From the sequence record SRR31156797_5029: a stretch of DNA of 64,000 nucleotides; one strand, given 5' to 3'. This document shows, in pieces, positions 57,637 through 64,000 of the stretch; within the stretch, counting starts at the first letter, position 1; each line of letters starts with the position of its first letter. Below the pieces are notes generated by a model that was not told where the DNA came from, did no database searches, and worked only from the letters and a program-made list of their open reading frames with translations. The position numbers and the translations under genes were made by a program.

Positions 57637-57980
57637 TGACTTTGTTTGATCGGATATTCGGTTATTGAGTTAGTTTGTTATCGGTTATTTGCGCTTCACG
57701 TGTTATTGGTAGTCATTTGTGCTTCGCACGTCATAGGCAGTCATTTATTTCCTGCTATCTTTGTACTCTATATTCTTTATTATCGCTAAGCTAAAGTTGC
57801 CTTAATCCTAATCCGCTTATGTCTTGATTTTCTCCAAAACATCAACTCAATTCCAAGCCAAAAACTCCAAACGTTTCATTCCAAAATCGTAATTCTCCCG
57901 AAGGGATGCCCACTTTGCGAGGCGAGCCTATGGCACAAATTTATAATTGTAAACTCTACACTCCAAACTCTAAACTCTCC

Positions 57981-59165
57981 CTAATCAAAGTCCTCATAAA
58001 TCAAATACCTCTTCCTGATCTTTTTAAACTGTTCCAGCTCAGGCTGCCAGCTTGCCCTGATATCCTCTTCTTTCCAGCCGTCCTCAATTTGCCTTCTTAG
58101 TTCATTCGTTCCGGTAAGTTTTTCAAAGTAATTGTTGAAAAAGTCTGTCTTGTCTTTTAAAGCATCATGATATCCAATCAGGAACGACAGATTAATTTGT
58201 GCCGGAAGGTTTTTCATTTCCCTCGTATAACCAATTAAATTCTGGCCATTACAATGTTGTCCCTGGTATTTTGGATTTGTTGCAGCGCCCGGTATGGATC
58301 GTGGTACAAAGAAGTAGCTTCCCAGCAGGTACTCCGGATGGCCAATCACCTGGAAAGGATAATCAGTTCCCCGGCCAACACTAACCACAGTTCCTTCAAA
58401 CAGGCAGATTGAAGGGTATAGGTAAACCGCATATTTGTTGGGTAGGTTAGGGGACGGCTTAACCGGAAGTTCATAAAAATCGTTGTGCGTATAGTTCTTT
58501 ACCGGGATTACGCTTAGCTCACATTGAACGCTATCTTTTAGCCAGAATTCTCCATTCACCATTTGGGCATATTCGCCCACCGTCATGCCATGCACAATGG
58601 GTACCGGATGCATCCCGACAAACGATTTGAATCCGGGCTCCAAAACCGGCCCGTCAACATAAAACCCATTGGGATTTGGCCTGTCAAGAACCATTACTGG
58701 AATCCCATTTTCGGCACAGGCTTCCATTACATAGGTCATGGTTGAGATGTACGTGTAAAATCTTGCCCCTACATCCTGAATATCGAAAATCACAATCTCG
58801 ATATCCTGAAGATCTTCGGAATTGGGTTTTTTATTGTTTCCATAAAGTGAGATGATGGGCAGTCCGGTAACAAGATCAATTTTGTCGTCCACCTTTTCGC
58901 CGGCATCGGCTTTGCCTCTGAAACCGTGTTCAGGACTAAAAACTTTTGTTACACGGATTCCTGCTGAAAGCAAACTATCCACTAAATGTGCACTACCAAT
59001 CAGTGAAGTATGATTGGCTACCACAGCAACTGTTTTACCTTCCAGCAGCGGAAGGTATTGTTCTGTCTGTTCGGCGCCGGTAATTAGTTCAGGCTTGTTG
59101 TTTTGTGAAGAAGCAACAACAGGTGTTAAAATTGCAATCGCTAGGATCAGGAAAATATGTTTCAT
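57981..59165 (-). CDS. DUF1343/NamZ-family exo-beta-N-acetylmuramidase
   Basis: FSPEHGFRG, FDIQDVGARFYTY, LDRPNP, HGMTVGE, PSPNLP, SVGRGT. Confidence 0.92.
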   Translation of the reverse strand: MKHIFLILAIAILTPVVASSQNNKPELITGAEQTEQYLPLLEGKTVAVVANHTSLIGSAHLVDSLLSAGIRVTKVFSPEHGFRGKADAGEKVDDKIDLVTGLPIISLYGNNKKPNSEDLQDIEIVIFDIQDVGARFYTYISTMTYVMEACAENGIPVMVLDRPNPNGFYVDGPVLEPGFKSFVGMHPVPIVHGMTVGEYAQMVNGEFWLKDSVQCELSVIPVKNYTHNDFYELPVKPSPNLPNKYAVYLYPSICLFEGTVVSVGRGTDYPFQVIGHPEYLLGSYFFVPRSIPGAATNPKYQGQHCNGQNLIGYTREMKNLPAQINLSFLIGYHDALKDKTDFFNNYFEKLTGTNELRRQIEDGWKEEDIRASWQPELEQFKKIRKRYLIYEDFD

Positions 59166-59270
59166 GTAGTGTTGGGTTTACAAGACAACGGCTTAAATTT
59201 AGCTTTGATATTTAACTATGATAAAAATAATCTCAATTTATTCCTGTTACTTTTGCACAAATTTCCAGAA

Positions 59271-60497
59271 TTGAACTTTGAACTATTCATAGCAAAAGGA
59301 ATACTCTCAGGCGACAAAAATAACTTTTCGCGCCCTATTGTCCGTATTTCCATTATCAGCATTACTCTTGGCCTTGCTGTGATGATCCTTTCGCTGGCCA
59401 TTACCACCGGATTTAAAAATGCAGTTTCTGAAAAAGTCATTGGTTTTGGGTCGCACATCCAGATTACTGGGTTCGGCCTCAACAATTCCTGGGAAAAGGC
59501 CCCCGTGGACAAAAACCAGGACTTTTATCCATCTCTGGAAAATGAACCGGGGATCACTCATATCCAGGTTTTTGCCAATAAGTCCGGATTGATCAAAACT
59601 GAAGATCAAATCCAGGGCATTGTTTTGAAAGGCATCTGGACTGACTATGACTGGTCGTTTTTCGAGGATAAACTGGTTGAGGGTGCGCCGATTGTTATTG
59701 ATTCTTCGAAACGGACGGATGACATTTTGATCTCCAAAAAGATGGCAGATGACCTGGTTTTAAAACTTGGTGATGATGTGCGGGTGTACTTCATCAATCC
59801 GGATGAAATGAGCCCGCGAGGCAGAAAATTTTCCATTAAAGGTATTTACGAAACCGGCCTTGAGGAGTTTGATGATAAATTCCTCATCGGAGATATCCGG
59901 CACATTCAGCGATTGAATAAATGGGATGAAAACCAGGTGGGTGGTTTTGAAGTTTTTGTGGAAGATATGACTAAAATAAGCGAGATGTGGGAGCGGGTTT
60001 ATAATATCATTGGTTACGAACTCAATGCCACCTCAATTAAAACCCTTTATCCGCAAATATTCGACTGGCTGGACCTTCAGGATATGAATGTGATTATTAT
60101 TTTGATACTGATGGTTGCCGTTGCCGTAATTAATATGATTTCAACACTGCTGATCTTGATCCTTGAAAAAACCAATATGATTGGCGTTCTTAAAGCGCTT
60201 GGGACCAAAAATATATCCGTAAGAAAAATCTTCCTTTACAACGCCGGATTTATTATCGGCCGGGGATTGATTTACGGTAATGTTCTGGGGTTGGGCTTAG
60301 CGTTGATCCAATATTATTTTCAGGTGATTTCTCTCGATCAGGAATCCTATTATGTGCCTTATGTGCCCATAAACCTGGAGATACTTCCCGTTGTTCTGCT
60401 AAACGTTGGAACTTTACTTCTTTGCTTGTTGTTCCTCATTGTACCCTCTGTTGTGATCACCAAAATCAGCCCGGTGAAGGCCATAAGGTGGGAGTAG
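59271..60497 (+). CDS. LolC/E-type ABC transporter permease
   Basis: MacB/FtsX architecture (GFK..V..KVIGFGSHI, EKTNMIGVLKALG, ISPVKAIR). Probable TTG start at 59271. Confidence 0.88.
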   Translation: MNFELFIAKGILSGDKNNFSRPIVRISIISITLGLAVMILSLAITTGFKNAVSEKVIGFGSHIQITGFGLNNSWEKAPVDKNQDFYPSLENEPGITHIQVFANKSGLIKTEDQIQGIVLKGIWTDYDWSFFEDKLVEGAPIVIDSSKRTDDILISKKMADDLVLKLGDDVRVYFINPDEMSPRGRKFSIKGIYETGLEEFDDKFLIGDIRHIQRLNKWDENQVGGFEVFVEDMTKISEMWERVYNIIGYELNATSIKTLYPQIFDWLDLQDMNVIIILILMVAVAVINMISTLLILILEKTNMIGVLKALGTKNISVRKIFLYNAGFIIGRGLIYGNVLGLGLALIQYYFQVISLDQESYYVPYVPINLEILPVVLLNVGTLLLCLLFLIVPSVVITKISPVKAIRWE

Positions 60498-60687
60498 GGG
60501 AGGTTGCGCGAGATGAGCGGGAATTAGGCAGAGTGTAGTGAATGTCTTGAGGATGGAAGTAGTAAAAAGTAAATCAGTTGGCAGTCGGCACTGATCAGTC
60601 AGCAGTCTGAAGTATCCAGTCCGCCGGGGCCAGACAAAGTGTTTTTTTTGGAAAATGATTTTGCAGTTAACCCATTCCTTCATCCAT

Positions 60688-60728
60688 CCATCACTCCAAT
60701 AACCCATCACTCCAATAACCAAATAACC
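60688..60728. repeat. Short tandem repeat between convergent permease genes
   Basis: CCATCACTCCAATAAC x2 (60688-60719) plus CAAATAACC. Confidence 0.75.
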
Positions 60729-60790
60729 CCGCCTTTGGCGGCACATCGCTTCGCTCAGCTCAATAACCCGGTAACAATAACGGCCCAATA

Positions 60791-62038
60791 CTACTCATAC
60801 CTCAGCGATTCAATCGGATCGAGGGCAGCGGCTTTCGAGGCCGGAAGTATGCCTGAAACCAGTGCAACACCAAAACACAACAACACGCCAATTGCAATCC
60901 ATGCCCAGGGAATGATAAAACTGGTGTCGGTGAAGAGAGAAACCAGGTTGCCCGCAAGGATACCCAGGATAATTCCGCAGATTCCGCCCAACTGGCCAAT
61001 TACAATTGACTCTACCAAAAACTGGTTCCTGATTGTAAGTTTGTTGGCACCCAGTGATTTGCGTATGCCAATTTCGCGGGTTCGTTCCGAAACGGAAACC
61101 AGCATAATATTCATCAAACCGATGGCTGCGCCAAAGAGTGTAATAAAACCAATAACCAGGGCTGCCATTTTAATGGCCGCTGTGTTTTCAGACAGCATCT
61201 TTAGCAACTGATCACTTTTGGTAATATCGAAATCATTTTCCTCCTGTATCTTGTTTTTCCTGATCACCCTGAACAGTCCGGTGGCTTCGCCAATGGCGGC
61301 ATCAACCTGCTCCGTGTTGTTGGGCATGACGTTGATGGTAAACGACATGTTTGGGCGGGAAAAGTATTGTCTGACGTTGGTGATGGGTAGTAAAACCTGC
61401 CGGTCGGGAGAAAACCCCATGCCGGTACCTTTTTCTTCAACAACGCCGATTACGCGATATTTACCTGGTCCAATAGAAACTACTTTTCCAATCGGATCTT
61501 CATTTTGTTTAAATAGTGTGTTTGCAATTTCGCTTCCCAATATCGCCACATGGGTTCCATAGTACACTTCATTATCAGTGAAGGTGCGTCCCTTTGCAAT
61601 TTCATTGCCTGAGGTTAGCATGTAGTTCTCGTCGGTGCCAATGATCTGCGAATTGGGATTGGTTTTTTCTGATTTATATTTCACTGTTGCCGTCCATGAG
61701 GCATTGGTGAAAACAGAAACTGTTGCAGGAAAAGTGTATTGCTCCTTGAAATCCATGGCCTCCCTGAACTGTATCGGGGCATAATATTTTGCCCTGCTTC
61801 GGTTGTGTCCCATCTGCACGTTCATCGACCGGTTTTTGATGGTGAAAGTGTTGGAGCCCATCATCATAAGGTTATCACCCAGGCTTTTTTCCAGTGCATC
61901 AATGGCAGTGGAGATGCCCACCAGTGCCATAATCCCAAACGCGATGATTGCAACAGTTAAGATGGTTCTGAGCAAACTGCCTTTGATGGCGCTGAGCGAA
62001 ATCCTGATGTTTTCGATTAAAACCTGGTTCTTTGCCAT
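60791..62038 (-). CDS. MacB-like ABC transporter permease
   Basis: LRTILTVAIIAFGI, IGLMNIMLVSVSERTREIGIRK, PASKAAALDPIESLRYE. Probable ATG at 62038. Confidence 0.92.
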   Translation of the reverse strand: MAKNQVLIENIRISLSAIKGSLLRTILTVAIIAFGIMALVGISTAIDALEKSLGDNLMMMGSNTFTIKNRSMNVQMGHNRSRAKYYAPIQFREAMDFKEQYTFPATVSVFTNASWTATVKYKSEKTNPNSQIIGTDENYMLTSGNEIAKGRTFTDNEVYYGTHVAILGSEIANTLFKQNEDPIGKVVSIGPGKYRVIGVVEEKGTGMGFSPDRQVLLPITNVRQYFSRPNMSFTINVMPNNTEQVDAAIGEATGLFRVIRKNKIQEENDFDITKSDQLLKMLSENTAAIKMAALVIGFITLFGAAIGLMNIMLVSVSERTREIGIRKSLGANKLTIRNQFLVESIVIGQLGGICGIILGILAGNLVSLFTDTSFIIPWAWIAIGVLLCFGVALVSGILPASKAAALDPIESLRYE

Positions 62039-62191
62039 GTTTAAAATATTAGCGTGGTTTATTGAGTAAACGAAAATAATCAAATAACCTGATTTGCCTC
62101 CATAGATTTCATTATTTATCTTTTTTACAAAAGTTATAATCCAATTCTCTATCCTTAATAGTTACTCACTTCTGCCCACTTTTCCTTCATA

Positions 62192-63085
62192 CTACTTTCT
62201 ACCTACTTCTTTCTCTTTAACATGTTTCCACCGTCTATGCGACCAAAGCCAGTACCAGGGCCACTCACGGATGCCTTCCTCGATTTTTCGGATGTATTGG
62301 AGGGCGATTTCTTCTTCGGTGTGTTGTTGGGGATTTTCCACTAACATCGAAAAATCAGCCTGGTAATATCCACGTTTAATTTTTTTGATTTGCATGAAGA
62401 CTACAGGCTGGTTAAATTTTCGTGCGATTCGTGCCGGGCCGGTGAAAAAGGGTGTTTCCCGGTTCATAAAATCCGTCCAGAAAGGATAATCTTTGGGTGG
62501 AGATTGATCGGCAAGAAACCAGGTAACAGTTTTAATTTCGTTTTGCCGGTGTGTAATCAGCTTTTTATAAATATCTTTCATGGCAACCAACTCGCCGCCA
62601 TTGGCGTATTTTTCGCGTATGTTTTTCATGAGCAGATCAAAAACCGGATCAGTAAGTGGCTTGTATATGGCCACAAATTTGTGCTTAATTTTCGACTGGA
62701 TATCAATCATCCACTCCCAGTTTCCCTGGTGTCCCGAAACCAAAACAACGCTTTTACCGGATTGGTAAATTTCATCAAACAGTCCGGGATTTTTAAATTT
62801 AAATCGCCTGTTGAGTTCTTTTTGGTTGATTCCCATCACTTTTATAGATTCGTATAAACTATCGGAAAAGTGCCTGAAAAATTTTTTGGAAATCTGTTGA
62901 ATCTCCGCTTTGGATTTTTCAGGAAATGCATATTGCATGTTTTCGGAAACAACATTTTTTCTATACCTGATCAGATAAAAGATGATGAAATACGAGATGT
63001 CAGAAAAGAAATATAAAACCGGCAGTGGAAGCAACGCAATGAGCCGGAGTAAATAATAAATCAGTTGAAAGTAGACAGTCTTCAT
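62192..63085 (-). CDS. Lipid A late acyltransferase (LpxL/HtrB family)
   Basis: GHQGNWE, FLADQSP, WLWSHRRWK. Confidence 0.9.
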   Translation of the reverse strand: MKTVYFQLIYYLLRLIALLPLPVLYFFSDISYFIIFYLIRYRKNVVSENMQYAFPEKSKAEIQQISKKFFRHFSDSLYESIKVMGINQKELNRRFKFKNPGLFDEIYQSGKSVVLVSGHQGNWEWMIDIQSKIKHKFVAIYKPLTDPVFDLLMKNIREKYANGGELVAMKDIYKKLITHRQNEIKTVTWFLADQSPPKDYPFWTDFMNRETPFFTGPARIARKFNQPVVFMQIKKIKRGYYQADFSMLVENPQQHTEEEIALQYIRKIEEGIREWPWYWLWSHRRWKHVKEKEVGRK

Positions 63086-63115
63086 TACTGATCAATGTAC
63101 AAAGTGAAATGATTA

Positions 63116-63766
63116 TCAGGCTTTTCCTCCAAATGCCAAATCGCCCGCGTCACCCAGCCCGGGTACAATATAAGCCTGTGCAGTGAGTTCATCGTCGATG
63201 GCGCCAACCCATATGGTGACGTCACTACTGGAGATTTTGCTTTTCAGGTAGTTGATGCCTTCCTGGCTGGCAATGATGGCTGCAAGGTGCGTGTGGTTTG
63301 GCTTATTGGTACTGATCAATTCTTTGTAGGCCAGGTGCATTGAGTAACCGGTTGCCAACATTGGATCGGCCAAAATCAGGTCTTTACCTTCAATTTCGGG
63401 TTTGGAAACATATTCGATCTCAACTTCAAAACTGCCATCTTTATGGTGTTTGCGGTAAGATGAAATAAATGCATTTTCTGATTTGTCGAAAAAATTCAAA
63501 AAACCCTGGTGAAAAGGCAATCCTGCTCTGATAATGGTAGAGAGCACAGGGTATTTTGAGATTACAGGTACCTCAGCACTGCCTAGTGGGGTAATCACCT
63601 CTTTGGATTCATAATCCAGCTTTTTGCTGATTTCGTAGGCGAAAATTTCTCCTACCCGCTCCAGGTTGTGTCTGAATAACTGACTGTTATTCTGCGTATT
63701 TACATCCCGCAGTTCAGCTATAAACTGGGTCAGCAGCGAATTTTCCTGTCCAAGATTTATGACCAT
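63116..63766 (-). CDS. upp: Uracil phosphoribosyltransferase
   Basis: IIRAGL, ADPMLATGYS, YIVPGLGDAGD. Confidence 0.96.
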   Translation of the reverse strand: MVINLGQENSLLTQFIAELRDVNTQNNSQLFRHNLERVGEIFAYEISKKLDYESKEVITPLGSAEVPVISKYPVLSTIIRAGLPFHQGFLNFFDKSENAFISSYRKHHKDGSFEVEIEYVSKPEIEGKDLILADPMLATGYSMHLAYKELISTNKPNHTHLAAIIASQEGINYLKSKISSSDVTIWVGAIDDELTAQAYIVPGLGDAGDLAFGGKA

Positions 63767-64000
63767 GGTTTTCAGTGTTTAATGGCAAAGGTACTTAATC
63801 TTATCTATTAACACAATGGTAGTTTATATTGTTGAAAATTGAATTATACCAATGATATTAGATGCTTTAGTTATTATCCGGTAATCTGCTTTTTTACTTT
63901 CAATAACAGCTTAATTGCCGGGTTTAGTTTGCTGTAGTTATAATGCAGATAATGAACTTCTTCAGCGCCAAAACCCTTGTAAAAACGGGCAAGGTTTTTA

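Noticed and set aside
60414-61562. ORFs 60414-60788, 60639-61211 and 61218-61562
   Set aside because: They run through repeat DNA or are antisense to the ABC permease genes.

Overview
Chromosomal window from a Bacteroidota (Bacteroidia-like) bacterium, judged by the type IX secretion genes and TAnnTTTG promoters. In order it contains: (1) a CarH/LitR-type B12-binding MerR regulator beside two paralogous ECF sigma factors, an SRPBCC gene and a DUF4397 gene; (2) sprE/porW, bactofilin and atpZ/atpI-like genes with no ATP synthase genes following; (3) M23 peptidase, dxr, rseP; (4) a PAS-LuxR regulator followed by a candidate sRNA; (5) porP-gldKLMN and recG; (6) a 2.7-kb AT-rich islet in front of pheT; (7) pheT, a nucleotide-sugar dehydrogenase, a DAK2-DegV fusion, a giant cation-chloride-cotransporter/NTPase fusion with an MscS-like partner, Uma2, yaaA, comEC, two GT-C-like glycosyltransferases, two two-component systems with adjacent exported proteins, a NamZ-like gene, ABC permeases, an LpxL-like acyltransferase and upp. 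The most unusual element is the islet (24828-27521). It is bounded by an exact 17-bp direct repeat of the pheT promoter. It carries an apparently non-coding array of TCTGGAGATTCCAGA palindromes with 84/75/84/84-bp periods directly upstream of a DUF1016_N-ABC ATPase fusion and a TOPRIM/DUF4276-like gene, and is a candidate undescribed defence or nucleic-acid-sensing system. No tRNA, rRNA, cas, reverse transcriptase or integrase genes were recognised. All family calls come from motif recognition by eye, not database searches.
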